From Syntrophorhabdaceae bacterium (GTDB taxonomy: Bacteria > Desulfobacterota > Syntrophorhabdia > Syntrophorhabdales > Syntrophorhabdaceae), in assembly GCA_963666485.2 (NCBI GenBank), contig CAXXUO010000004.1, positions 128,001 to 192,000 on the forward strand: a stretch of DNA of 64,000 bases. Direction: 5' to 3'. Positions 29,171-38,379 of the stretch are shown piece after piece. The position numbers were made by a program, and so were the translations under genes. The stretch's first letter is position 1. Each line of letters opens with the position of its first letter. The notes under the pieces are model-generated. The model was not told where the DNA came from and searched no databases. It worked only from the letters and a program-made list of their open reading frames with translations.

Positions 29171-29908
29171 ATGGGTGCAGACCTTATTATTGACAGCCAT
29201 TCCCACTGGGGACCGTCCCTTTCGATGGGCATAACCGTATCCACGTCGGAACTCCTCAAGCAGCAGAAGGAGTCCGGTGTTGATTACGTTATTATCATAC
29301 CCTTCCCTTCCACGGCAATCGAAAACAATTCGATCAATGTCCGCCTGCTCGACGAATCCAACCGGATAGAAAGTTTCTTTCCGTATCATTACGTACGCGA
29401 GAATTACGATTCTCCGGGCTTCAATCCCCTTCCGGCTCAGTATTACGGCGGGAAATGGCACTGGATGCGGGGTATACAGGATTCGTCGTCCAATTACAGG
29501 GTGCTCAACGACCCCCTGCTTCCCGGGCTTGTGGAGAAGATCACGGCAACCGGCAAGCCGGTCATCTTCGAGGAAGAGCTGGATTTTACCCGGACCTTTG
29601 TCGAGATGTTCCCGGATATGACGATCATAATCCCGCACCTCGGGCTTCTCGGCGGTTATCCCCTCGATTTTCTCAAGGCATTCAAGGCGAATGAAAACAT
29701 TTACTTTGACACCGCACTCGGCTCGCGCGATACGATCTTCGAGTTTATCCGGACGATCGGCCCGGAGCGCGTATTGTTCGGTTCTGATATCCCGTTCGGC
29801 ACGATGCGGGGTGAACTCGCAAAGATCACCGGCCTGTCACTGAGCGACAAGGAAAAAGAGCTCGTTTTGTCCGGCAACGCGGTCCGGTTGGCGCGCTTGC
29901 CTCTGTAA
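29171..29908 (+). CDS. Amidohydrolase-2 family TIM-barrel metal-dependent hydrolase
   Basis: IIDSHSH, IIPHLG, NIYFDT and RVLFGSDIPF. Confidence 0.8.
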   Translation: MGADLIIDSHSHWGPSLSMGITVSTSELLKQQKESGVDYVIIIPFPSTAIENNSINVRLLDESNRIESFFPYHYVRENYDSPGFNPLPAQYYGGKWHWMRGIQDSSSNYRVLNDPLLPGLVEKITATGKPVIFEEELDFTRTFVEMFPDMTIIIPHLGLLGGYPLDFLKAFKANENIYFDTALGSRDTIFEFIRTIGPERVLFGSDIPFGTMRGELAKITGLSLSDKEKELVLSGNAVRLARLPL

Positions 29909-29977
29909 CATTAAATAACCGGCGCAAATCGGCGATTACTATATATGGAATGGCAGTTCATTTTTCAGGGGGATAAT

Positions 29978-30991
29978 ATGGGACCCAAGGATGCTCCGGA
30001 TACGGGCCGCAGGATAAACAGAAGGGATTTCTTGAGGATCGCGTCACTTGCCGGGGGTGCTGTTGCCCTTGCCGGGATACCGGATGTATTTGCACTGTCA
30101 GCCAAGAGGATGACTGTTGCGACAGCCGGCATCGGGAGCGTTCAATTTACAATTGGCGGGGCAATAGCGCGCACTATTGCGCAATATACCGGGCTCGAGG
30201 CCATCGCCGAGATAACGTCGGGGCGGGCCGATAATTGCGAACTCGTAGGATCGAAAAGGTCAGACCTCGGGCTCATCGCCGCCGATATGGCCTATGACGC
30301 CTTTCGCGGTACGGGAATGTTCGAGGGAAAACCGGTCCCGATCCGCGTGCTCACGGCCCTTTATCCCAGCTACACGCACATCGTGACCTTAAAGAACAGC
30401 AAAATAGCTTCTGTAAAAGACCTGGCGGGCAGGCGGGTAGCCATCGGCATCAAGTCAGGTGCAACTCACACCGTGGCGCTTCGGCTCATAGAGGCTGCGG
30501 GAATCGGCAGTGATAACGATGTAAAGAAAGTAACCATGTCATCGTCCGAATCGCCCCGCGCGCTGCGGGACGGCAAGATCGACGCCTATGTCTGGACCGG
30601 AGGGATTCCTTCCGCATCTATAGCTGACCTTGCACAAACCCCGGGCCTTGGCATGTCGCTCGTGGGCCACGGGAACCTCGTGCCTGCCGTCAATGCCACG
30701 TACGGGCCCGTTTATTACCGGTCACTCATTCCCCAGACAACGTACCCCGGCATGAAAGAGGATGTTTCCGTATGCGCATTCCAGAATATCATTATCTGCC
30801 ATAAAGATATGGAAAACCGCACGGCATATAACATACTCAAGATCATGTTCGAGCACCTCGGCGAGATATCCGCCGCCCACGCACAGGCGAAGCAGATGGG
30901 CCTCGAAACAGGCGCTTCCCTGACCTCAGTCCCCTACCATCCGGGCGCGCAGAAGTTTTTTGCGGAGAGAGGGTACAACGTTCCAATGTAA
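29978..30991 (+). CDS. TAXI-family TRAP solute-binding protein with Tat signal
   Basis: NRRDFL twin-Arg; SVKDLAGRRVAIG, ALRDGKIDAY and VPYHPGAQKFF. Confidence 0.85.
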   Translation: MGPKDAPDTGRRINRRDFLRIASLAGGAVALAGIPDVFALSAKRMTVATAGIGSVQFTIGGAIARTIAQYTGLEAIAEITSGRADNCELVGSKRSDLGLIAADMAYDAFRGTGMFEGKPVPIRVLTALYPSYTHIVTLKNSKIASVKDLAGRRVAIGIKSGATHTVALRLIEAAGIGSDNDVKKVTMSSSESPRALRDGKIDAYVWTGGIPSASIADLAQTPGLGMSLVGHGNLVPAVNATYGPVYYRSLIPQTTYPGMKEDVSVCAFQNIIICHKDMENRTAYNILKIMFEHLGEISAAHAQAKQMGLETGASLTSVPYHPGAQKFFAERGYNVPM

Positions 30992-30996
30992 AAACG

Positions 30997-31065
30997 GTTC
31001 CACGTTCCAGGTTAAAAGCTTTTCTTATTTAGCGGGGTTTTAGCGTGGAACGTGGAACGTGGAAC
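30997..31065. repeat. Inverted pair of heptamer arrays (GTTCCA(C/G) x2 / GTGGAAC x3)
   Basis: Seen directly after the TAXI stop; preceded by AAAACG. Confidence 0.75.
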
Positions 31066-31099
31066 AAAAAAGCCGGCCAATTTCTTGGCCGGCTTTTTT
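31066..31099. terminator. Bidirectional intrinsic terminator
   Basis: AAAAAAGCCGGCCAA-TTTC-TTGGCCGGCTTTTTT between convergent genes. Confidence 0.85.
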
Positions 31100-31114
31100 A
31101 TCTGTTCCTTTTTT

Positions 31115-31891
31115 TTACGCTTTTTCCATCGCTATGATGGCGGCGCCGAGCGAACCGACTATCTGCGGTTCGACGTGAATCTTGAGCTGCGTTCCGAGTG
31201 CTGCTTCGAGGGCTTTTACGACACCGATGTTCTTGGCGACGCCGCCCGCCATGATGACGTCATTCTGGATCCCGCCAAGCCTGTTGATGAGGCCCATCGT
31301 CCTGTCGGCGATCGCTTTGTGAATACCATACAGGATATCCTCAAGCTCCTCGCCTTCGCTGACGAGAGAAATGACCTCTGATTCGGCGAAAACAGTACAT
31401 ATGCTGCTGATCGTTACTTCTTTTTTGTGTTTCAGAGAAATATCACCGATCCTGTCAAGTTCTACGTTCAACGCTTTTGCCATGACCTCGATGAACCTTC
31501 CGGTCCCCGCGGCACACTTGTCGTTCATTTCAAACTCAACAACGCGGCCTTTTTCGTCGATCCTTATGACCTTCGTGTCCTGGCCGCCGATATCAATGAT
31601 CGTCCTCGCCTGCGGGAAAAGATGATTGACGCCCCGTGCTATGCAGGTAATTTCGGTAACTGCCTGTTTCGCGAAGGACGCGCGTTTTCTCCCGCAACCG
31701 GTCGCTACAATATAGGAAACATCTGAAGGACTTTTGCCCGGATAGGCAAGCACTTTCTCAAGTGCCATTTCCGCCGTTTTCTTCGAATCCGCGCCTGTTT
31801 GAAGTATCGTATAACCCAATATTCCAGAGTCCTTATCGAGAAGCAGAGCTTCAGTTGTAATCGAACCTATATCTATCCCGGCAACTAACAT
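31115..31891 (-). CDS. Acyl-CoA dehydratase activase (HgdC/BcrAD-type ASKHA ATPase, 4Fe-4S)
   Basis: GIDIGSITT, EITCIARG, IDIGGQDTK, MNDKCAAGTGRF and CTVFAESEVIS. Confidence 0.88.
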   Translation of the reverse strand: MLVAGIDIGSITTEALLLDKDSGILGYTILQTGADSKKTAEMALEKVLAYPGKSPSDVSYIVATGCGRKRASFAKQAVTEITCIARGVNHLFPQARTIIDIGGQDTKVIRIDEKGRVVEFEMNDKCAAGTGRFIEVMAKALNVELDRIGDISLKHKKEVTISSICTVFAESEVISLVSEGEELEDILYGIHKAIADRTMGLINRLGGIQNDVIMAGGVAKNIGVVKALEAALGTQLKIHVEPQIVGSLGAAIIAMEKA

Positions 31892-31911
31892 AAGCTTCTC
31901 CCCCTTTTTAA

Positions 31912-32127
31912 CTATTCGAGTGTGGCAATAACTGCATCCGCTTCGACTTCCTGGCCAGCTTCGACGTTGATCGACTTGATCGTGCCGGCTGCAGGCGATA
32001 CGATCGGCATTTCCATCTTCATTGCTTCGAGGATTGCAACCTGATCGTCTTCCGCTACCTTGTCGCCAACTTTAACGTCAACTTTAATGATCTTTCCAAC
32101 CATGGGGCATGTAATTTCTGTAGCCAT
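31912..32127 (-). CDS. Stand-alone biotin carrier protein
   Basis: ILEAMKMEMPI biotinylation motif; 71 aa; AGGAGG RBS. Confidence 0.9.
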   Translation of the reverse strand: MATEITCPMVGKIIKVDVKVGDKVAEDDQVAILEAMKMEMPIVSPAAGTIKSINVEAGQEVEADAVIATLE

Positions 32128-32159
32128 ATTTCCTCCTTACGAGATTGACTGTTAAATTT

Positions 32160-33314
32160 TTATTTCCTGTACCCGAGTGCGAACTGGGCGATGATCATCT
32201 TCTGTACGTTTGATGTTCCTTCCACGATCTGATAGGACTTCGCATCCCTGAGGTATCTCTCGACAGGATATTCTGAAGAGAAACCGTAGGAGCCGAAGAT
32301 CTTCACTGCTTCACCGGCGCAGAAGTTTGCTGATTCGCCGGCATAGTATTTAGCCATCGAGGTCTCGAGGGTGTTGTTCATTCCCTGGTCTTTCTGCCAT
32401 GCTGCCCTGAGGACGAGAAGCTTCGCGGCTTCGTGCTCAACTGACATGCGGCCGATCTGCTCCTGGACCATCTGGAACTGGCCGATCGCCTGACCGAACT
32501 GCTCTCTTTCATTTGCATAGCGGCATGCTTCTTCGATACAGCTTTCTGCAACGCCGACTGCCCTGGCTGCTGAGCTCAAGCGGGTGAAGTTGAGCATCGT
32601 CATACAAATGTTGAAGCCCTGGCCGAGCTTGCCGACGAGTGCGCTTTTCGGGATCTTCGCTTCTTCGAAGAAGATCTCGCCGGTGGGTGCGCAGTGGAGG
32701 CCGAGTTTCGTGGTGATGGCTCTCTGGACAACGCCCGGGGTGTTGAAATCGATGAAGAAGGCCGACATGCCTTTGTGCTTCGCTGCCTTGTCGGTCATTG
32801 CATAGACTACGCCGCAGCCGCAATACGGTACGCCGGAGATCCATGTCTTTGAACCGTTGAGGATATAACCGTCATCGACTTCGACTGCGGTGGTCTTCAT
32901 GCTTGCAACGTCGGAACCGGAGTTCGGCTCGGTGATTGCAAAGCAGCCGCCGCTTGTGCCTGCGATCAGGCCGGGAAGGAACTGCTCTTTGAGTTCTTCG
33001 CTGGCATACTTAAGGAGAACATTCTGGGGACCGTTCATCTGAAGGTTGAAGGGAAGACCCCATGACGGGCTGACCCGTGCGAGCTCGGTTGCCATGAGAG
33101 TTGCTGCCATGTTGCCTTCTTCGAGTCCCAGGCCGCCGAATTTTTCCGGGGCCAAGCAAGCGAACATGCCCTGATCGCCCATTTTCTTGAGAAGTTCCGG
33201 ACGATATTTGTGCTCTTTCTCGTCTTCTTCCATCGTCGGTTTAATATTCTTTACTGCAAAGTCATAGGCCATCTTACGCATTGATTCGAGTTCGTCGGAA
33301 ATCTTAAATTCCAT
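32160..33314 (-). CDS. Acyl-CoA dehydrogenase, resembling non-decarboxylating glutaryl-CoA dehydrogenase
   Basis: FAITEPNSGSDV, LNGSKTWIS, LNFTRLSSAA, REQFGQAIGQFQ and YQIVEGTSNVQ; substrate inferred from the adjacent biotin carrier. Confidence 0.8.
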   Translation of the reverse strand: MEFKISDELESMRKMAYDFAVKNIKPTMEEDEKEHKYRPELLKKMGDQGMFACLAPEKFGGLGLEEGNMAATLMATELARVSPSWGLPFNLQMNGPQNVLLKYASEELKEQFLPGLIAGTSGGCFAITEPNSGSDVASMKTTAVEVDDGYILNGSKTWISGVPYCGCGVVYAMTDKAAKHKGMSAFFIDFNTPGVVQRAITTKLGLHCAPTGEIFFEEAKIPKSALVGKLGQGFNICMTMLNFTRLSSAARAVGVAESCIEEACRYANEREQFGQAIGQFQMVQEQIGRMSVEHEAAKLLVLRAAWQKDQGMNNTLETSMAKYYAGESANFCAGEAVKIFGSYGFSSEYPVERYLRDAKSYQIVEGTSNVQKMIIAQFALGYRK

Positions 33315-33375
33315 ATTTTGCTCTCCTTTCTTTTCGGTATTTTTATGGCAATATTGTGAAACAATTAGCAAACCT

Positions 33376-33405
33376 ATCTTAGCAAAAGCGCTTTTCGCCT
33401 GTCAA
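33376..33405 (-). promoter_or_regulatory. Sigma70-type promoter TTGACA-N18-TAAGAT (TGn-extended) with palindrome AAAAGCGCTTTT in the spacer
   Basis: Minus strand reads TTGACAggcgAAAAGCGCTTTTgcTAAGAT, about 60 nt upstream of the acyl-CoA dehydrogenase start. Confidence 0.55.
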
Positions 33406-33576
33406 GCTAATTCTGATAAATATTTTAAGCGTTTACCAATGATTTAAGGTGGTTAACCGATTGCCGGTACACCCTTAGTTCCCGCCCCGAATTTTGTCTG
33501 GATAACGGGCAGGAATCATTGCATAAGTGCTTATTATTTTATATAATTAATCCGTCTGCATGGCAAGAAGAAAAGA

Positions 33577-34491
33577 ATGATCATCAATAGAACTGGACTC
33601 GTAGACCGGGAATTGTACGTCGCCGGCATGGCGTGGTCGCCAACATACCTTGTGAATGCTGTCACACCCTTGCTTTTCGAGGCAGGGTTCTACCCTATCG
33701 CTCCGGTCTATCTCAGAGACATCCGGAAGGTCATCGGCGAACGTCAGCCTTCCTATCTCTTTCTGACCCATGTCCATTACGATCATTGCGGGGCGGCAGC
33801 ATATTTCCGGCAACACTTTCCCGGCATGAAGATCTGCACCTCGAAAAGGGCGGCAGAGATACTGAAAAGGCCTAACGCGATAGAGCTCATGACGGAATTG
33901 AGCCGTAATTTCGCCCACATCGCCGAAGATCTCCCGGGGATAAACAGGGATGACATCCTCACCGCCGATTTCGAACCCTTCACCCCGGACATCGTCTTCG
34001 ACAGCGATCAGCTTTTCGAGGCCGGCCCCTCCCTTACCGTTCAGGTGCTCGTCACCCCGGGGCATACCCGGGACATGCTGAGCTTTTACGTCCCGGAGCG
34101 CAAGATACTCATTGCCACGGAATCCGCGGGATGCCGCAGTCACACGGGGGAGATCGTCACGGAATTCCTTGTAAATTTCGATGAATATGTCGAATCGTTG
34201 AAAAAACTGTCCCGTCTTGACTGCGACATCGTCTGCCAGGGACATCATTTTATATATACAGGGACCGACGTTCAGAGGTTTTTCGATGACTCCCTGAAGG
34301 CCGCCCTCGACTTCCGTTCCCATGTCAACGAGCTTCTGGATGCGGAGGGTGGTGACGTGGAAAAGGTGGTAACGAGGGTAAAACAAGAGGAATACGACCC
34401 GAATCCCGGGCCGAAACAGCCCGAAACTGCATACCTCCTCAACCTCAGGACCCGTGTCAGTCACCTTGCCGGGCTTTCCCGGAAAGGTTAA
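33577..34491 (+). CDS. Metallo-beta-lactamase fold hydrolase
   Basis: THVHYDHCG, TPGHT and CQGH. Confidence 0.85.
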   Translation: MIINRTGLVDRELYVAGMAWSPTYLVNAVTPLLFEAGFYPIAPVYLRDIRKVIGERQPSYLFLTHVHYDHCGAAAYFRQHFPGMKICTSKRAAEILKRPNAIELMTELSRNFAHIAEDLPGINRDDILTADFEPFTPDIVFDSDQLFEAGPSLTVQVLVTPGHTRDMLSFYVPERKILIATESAGCRSHTGEIVTEFLVNFDEYVESLKKLSRLDCDIVCQGHHFIYTGTDVQRFFDDSLKAALDFRSHVNELLDAEGGDVEKVVTRVKQEEYDPNPGPKQPETAYLLNLRTRVSHLAGLSRKG

Positions 34492-34667
34492 GCGTTACCT
34501 TCATCGTCTGCGTTCTGACAGCGGTCCCGCCTTGAGGCATGATACCCCGCAATAATATTGGCTTTAGGGACGAAAACTGTTGACACGTTATGCATAATAA
34601 TAGTTAGATATATGACCATGTGAATTTTTTAATTTTTCAAAAACCAAATCTAATTAGGAGGGGCTGT

Positions 34668-35528
34668 ATGGATATAAAAACGATCGGAGTTTTGGGCGCT
34701 GGCGTCATGGGTAACGGCATTGCTCAGGTAGCCTCAATGGCCGGGTACAATGTCATCTTAAGAGATATCGAAGACAGGTTCGTCGAAGGCGGAATAAAAA
34801 ATATCGATAAGTTCCTCGCAAAGACAGTCGAAAAAGGCAAAATGTCGGCTGACGACAAAAACGCCATCATGGGCAGGATCAAAGGCACCACCGATATGGG
34901 CGCCATGAAGGATGCGGACTTCGTCGTCGAGGTTGTTGTCGAAGTCATGGATATCAAGAAGAAAGTCTTCAAGGAACTCGATGAGATCACGAAACCCGAT
35001 GTCATCCTTTCCTCAAATACATCATCAATGTCACTGACCGAAATGGCGACCGCAACAAAGAAGCCGGACAAGGTCGTCGGCATGCACTTCTTCAACCCGG
35101 TCCCCCTCATGAGGCTCGTTGAGGTTATCCGTGCGGTCCAGACAAGCGATGCAACAGTGGCGGCAACCCTCGCCCTCACCGAGAAGTTCGGCAAAGTTCC
35201 CGTCGAAGTCAAAGTCGACATCCCCGGCTTCCTCGTCAACAGGCTGATGGTTCCCCACTTCATCGAAGCTATCAAACTTTACGAGCAGGGCATCGCATCC
35301 AAGGAAGATATCGACAAGGCAGCGAAACTCGGCCTCAACTACCCGATGGGCCCGTTCGAACTGATGGACCTCACCGGCCTCGACATCAACCTTCACGTAC
35401 AGCAGTATTTCTATGACAACCTGCCGAAAGAGCTCAAATGGGATCCCCCGCTGGCGCTCAAGAACCTCGTGAAATCAGGCAACCTCGGCCGCAAGAGCGG
35501 AAAAGGCTGGTACGATTTTTCTAAATAA
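34668..35528 (+). CDS. hbd: 3-hydroxyacyl(butyryl)-CoA dehydrogenase
   Basis: GAGVMGNGIAQ, SNTSSMS, GMHFFNP and PMGPFELMD; AGGAGG RBS. Confidence 0.9.
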   Translation: MDIKTIGVLGAGVMGNGIAQVASMAGYNVILRDIEDRFVEGGIKNIDKFLAKTVEKGKMSADDKNAIMGRIKGTTDMGAMKDADFVVEVVVEVMDIKKKVFKELDEITKPDVILSSNTSSMSLTEMATATKKPDKVVGMHFFNPVPLMRLVEVIRAVQTSDATVAATLALTEKFGKVPVEVKVDIPGFLVNRLMVPHFIEAIKLYEQGIASKEDIDKAAKLGLNYPMGPFELMDLTGLDINLHVQQYFYDNLPKELKWDPPLALKNLVKSGNLGRKSGKGWYDFSK

Positions 35529-35551
35529 GACACGGGAAAGGAGGGCTCCTC

Positions 35552-36334
35552 ATGGCCTATGAAACTATCATAGTCGAAAAGGAAGCACCGATCGGGATCA
35601 TCAAGCTGAACAGGCCTCCCGTGAACCCGTTGAGTGTCCAGTCCTACTATGACCTCTACGACGCGATCGTAGATCTCGAAAAAGACGATTCAATCGGCGC
35701 AATCATCATCACGGGCAACGGCGACAAGGCCTTTGGCGCCGGCCTCGATGTCAAGGATGTCATGGGAAAATCCGGGGTCGAGACGCTCGATTTCCTCTGG
35801 AAAGCACCCAGGAAAACGTTTGATAAATTAACCTCTATCGCAAAGCCGACCATAGCGGCCGTTTTCGGCCTGGCACTCGGCGGCGGATGCGAAGTGGCGA
35901 TCTGCTGCGATCTTCGCATAGCATCCGAAGACGCAGTCTTTGGTGTGCCGGAGATCAACCTCGGCATTATGCCGGGTTCCGGTGCGACACAGCGCCTGCC
36001 GAGGCTCGTCGGCCTCCCCAAGGCAAAAGAGATGCTCTATTTCGGTGACACGGTCAATGCCGAAGAGGCATACCGGGTCGGCCTTGTCAACAAGGTCGTA
36101 CCGAAAGACAAATTGCAGGAAGAAGCAAAGAAATGGGCAAGCAAGCTTGCGGCGAAACCGAAGGCGGCGCTTGCACTGATCAAGAAATGTGTCGATACCG
36201 GTATGGACACAGATATTGCAGCGGGATTGACCCTCGAGATGGATTCTTTCGCTATCGCGTTCACGTCGGAAGACGGGCGCGAAGGCATTAATGCCTTTGT
36301 CGAAAAGAGAAAACCGGTTTTCAAGGGTAAGTAA
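35552..36334 (+). CDS. crt: Enoyl-CoA hydratase / crotonase
   Basis: AFGAGLD, ALGGGCE, PEINLGIMPG, TQRLPRLVG and AFVEKRKPVF. Confidence 0.88.
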   Translation: MAYETIIVEKEAPIGIIKLNRPPVNPLSVQSYYDLYDAIVDLEKDDSIGAIIITGNGDKAFGAGLDVKDVMGKSGVETLDFLWKAPRKTFDKLTSIAKPTIAAVFGLALGGGCEVAICCDLRIASEDAVFGVPEINLGIMPGSGATQRLPRLVGLPKAKEMLYFGDTVNAEEAYRVGLVNKVVPKDKLQEEAKKWASKLAAKPKAALALIKKCVDTGMDTDIAAGLTLEMDSFAIAFTSEDGREGINAFVEKRKPVFKGK

Positions 36335-36363
36335 GTAGGACCAACCGATATAAGGAGGAATTT

Positions 36364-37548
36364 ATGGCACGAAATGCAGTAATATTGGCCGGTGGCCAAT
36401 CCAAATGGGGTGTCAGAGAGGCCCACATTGTCGACCTCTTCCAGGAAGCAGCGAAAGCCTGCATGGACGACGTCCCCAATCTCAAACCGAAGGACGTTGA
36501 CGGTGTCGTCGTTGCCACGTCATACGCCGGAAGGTGCTCGTTCCAGGTTAATACCGCTCCCGTCATCGCCGAGAGATGCGGTCTGAAACCGACATCCATC
36601 TGTACACGCTGCGACACACTGTGCGCAGGCGGCTCGACTGCTATCATCCTCGCAAAGGGCCTCGTGGAATCAGGCTGTGCCGACATCGTCATGGTGCTCG
36701 GCGGTGAGAAACTCTACACACCGCAGAAATGGGAAGTCTTCTACAGCGAACTCGCGTCAGTCGACCACGACTGGGACGGCGTGCACGGCATGGGCCTTCC
36801 GCCTCCATTTTTCTCATTGACCGCACAGGAACACATGATGCACTACAACACAAAGAAAGAAGACCTTGCGGCCGTATCGGTAGCCAACTACAACTACGCT
36901 GCAACGAACCCGGTTGCCCAGATGCAGAGACCTCTGACACTTGAAGAGGCGATGAGCGCTCCGGTCGTCGTTCCCCCGCTGACACTGTACGATTGCTGCC
37001 CGATCACGGACGGCGCTGCGGCGGCTATCATCACGACCGATGAGATCGCAAAGAGATTCAGCGACAGGCCTCTCGTTTACATCAGGGGCACCGCACAGAC
37101 ATGCTTGAACAGCGTTTCAGCGAACTTCCCGGGCGCGCACCTCGCAGACTGGGCACACACCAGGATCGCGGCTGCGAAGGCATACGAAAGAGCAGGAGTC
37201 ACGGCAAACGACGTTAAGGTTGCCCAGACACATGACTGCTTCTCGATTTCCGAAGTCATCGAAGTTGAGGAACTCGGATTCTGTAAGAAAGGTGAAGGCG
37301 GAGAGTTCTGCAGCTCCAAACAGATAGAGCTCGGCGGCAAGGTTCCCGTGAACACAGACGGCGGGTTGCTGGCAGTTGGCCATCCCTTCGGCGCAACGGG
37401 TATCCGGCAGGGTACCGAGATCATGAAGCAGCTCCAGGGAAGAGCACGTCATCAGGTGAAAGGCGCCGACATTGGACTCACGCATAACCTCAGCGGAGCC
37501 AACGCGGAACATACGATCTTAGTGTATGGCCAGACCCCAGTAAAATAA
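36364..37548 (+). CDS. Thiolase-like protein (SCP2/SCP-x or archaeal type)
   Basis: LCAGGS, CPITDGAAA, HDCF and NTDGGLLAVGHPFGATG. Confidence 0.85.
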   Translation: MARNAVILAGGQSKWGVREAHIVDLFQEAAKACMDDVPNLKPKDVDGVVVATSYAGRCSFQVNTAPVIAERCGLKPTSICTRCDTLCAGGSTAIILAKGLVESGCADIVMVLGGEKLYTPQKWEVFYSELASVDHDWDGVHGMGLPPPFFSLTAQEHMMHYNTKKEDLAAVSVANYNYAATNPVAQMQRPLTLEEAMSAPVVVPPLTLYDCCPITDGAAAAIITTDEIAKRFSDRPLVYIRGTAQTCLNSVSANFPGAHLADWAHTRIAAAKAYERAGVTANDVKVAQTHDCFSISEVIEVEELGFCKKGEGGEFCSSKQIELGGKVPVNTDGGLLAVGHPFGATGIRQGTEIMKQLQGRARHQVKGADIGLTHNLSGANAEHTILVYGQTPVK

Positions 37549-37559
37549 GGAGGAGAAAT

Positions 37560-38057
37560 ATGGCTGTTTTGGGAATCCCTATACTTGAAGACCTTTACCC
37601 ATCAACGATGGATATGTGGCCTCTCGAGGCTAAAGAATTTAACAGGTCCTGGCAGTTTTATGAAAACCTGAAAGCTGGCAGACTGACGACAACAAAATGC
37701 AAAGCCTGCGGGAACGTTTCATACCCGCCCAGGGTTATCTGCCCGGAATGCTATTCCGAGGATCTCGAATACACCGATCTTCCGACAAAGGGAAAAGTTA
37801 TCGTTTTCTCCGAAGAGGTGAAAGGTGTGCCCCTGGGATTTGAGTCACCGCTCATCCACGCGGTTATCGATCTCGGACAGGACCCGGCACGCAGGGTTCT
37901 CACCAGGATCATGAACTGCGCCGCCGGACAGCTCCAGAGAGGCGACGAAGTGCAGCTCATCGTTTTTCCGGTCCCTGCCCTTCCTATCGATAAAGGCAAA
38001 CAGGGAACAATTATGTCCGATAGAGTGTTTTTTGCTTTCGAACCGGTAAAGAAGTAA
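37560..38057 (+). CDS. DUF35 Zn-ribbon/OB-fold protein (thiolase partner)
   Basis: CKACG..YPPRVICPEC; directly after the thiolase. Confidence 0.85.
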   Translation: MAVLGIPILEDLYPSTMDMWPLEAKEFNRSWQFYENLKAGRLTTTKCKACGNVSYPPRVICPECYSEDLEYTDLPTKGKVIVFSEEVKGVPLGFESPLIHAVIDLGQDPARRVLTRIMNCAAGQLQRGDEVQLIVFPVPALPIDKGKQGTIMSDRVFFAFEPVKK

Positions 38058-38069
38058 AAAAGCATGCCA

Positions 38070-38105
38070 AATAAAAAAGGCCGGAGCAATCCGGCCTTTT
38101 TTATT
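38070..38105 (+). terminator. Intrinsic terminator of the hbd-crt-thiolase-DUF35 operon
   Basis: AATAAAAAAGGCCGGA-GCAA-TCCGGCCTTTTTTATT. Confidence 0.85.
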
Positions 38106-38108
38106 TGG

Positions 38109-38234
38109 CGGCGTACGGCGTACGGCGTACGGCGTACGGAAAAAATATCCAGATTGTTACACTATACTGCCGCCCTTTCGCCTTCCGCCTTTTTGCTTTT
38201 CACCGTCAGCCGTACGCCGTCAGCCGTACGCCGT
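38109..38234. repeat. Inverted pair of heptamer arrays (CGGCGTA x4 / CCGTCAG-CCGTACG x2)
   Basis: 38109-38139 and 38203-38234, with degenerate units inside. Confidence 0.85.
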
Positions 38235-38379
38235 TTTTTAATCAACATTTTCAAGCCTTATCCCCCACCCCTTACCCATCACCTGTCACCTTCCCTTCCA
38301 TATCCCTGTAAAGATTATTTTTTATCACGCGCATATTTTGTTTCCTGTATCGGAGAATATAGTGTAAAATCATCTCGAT

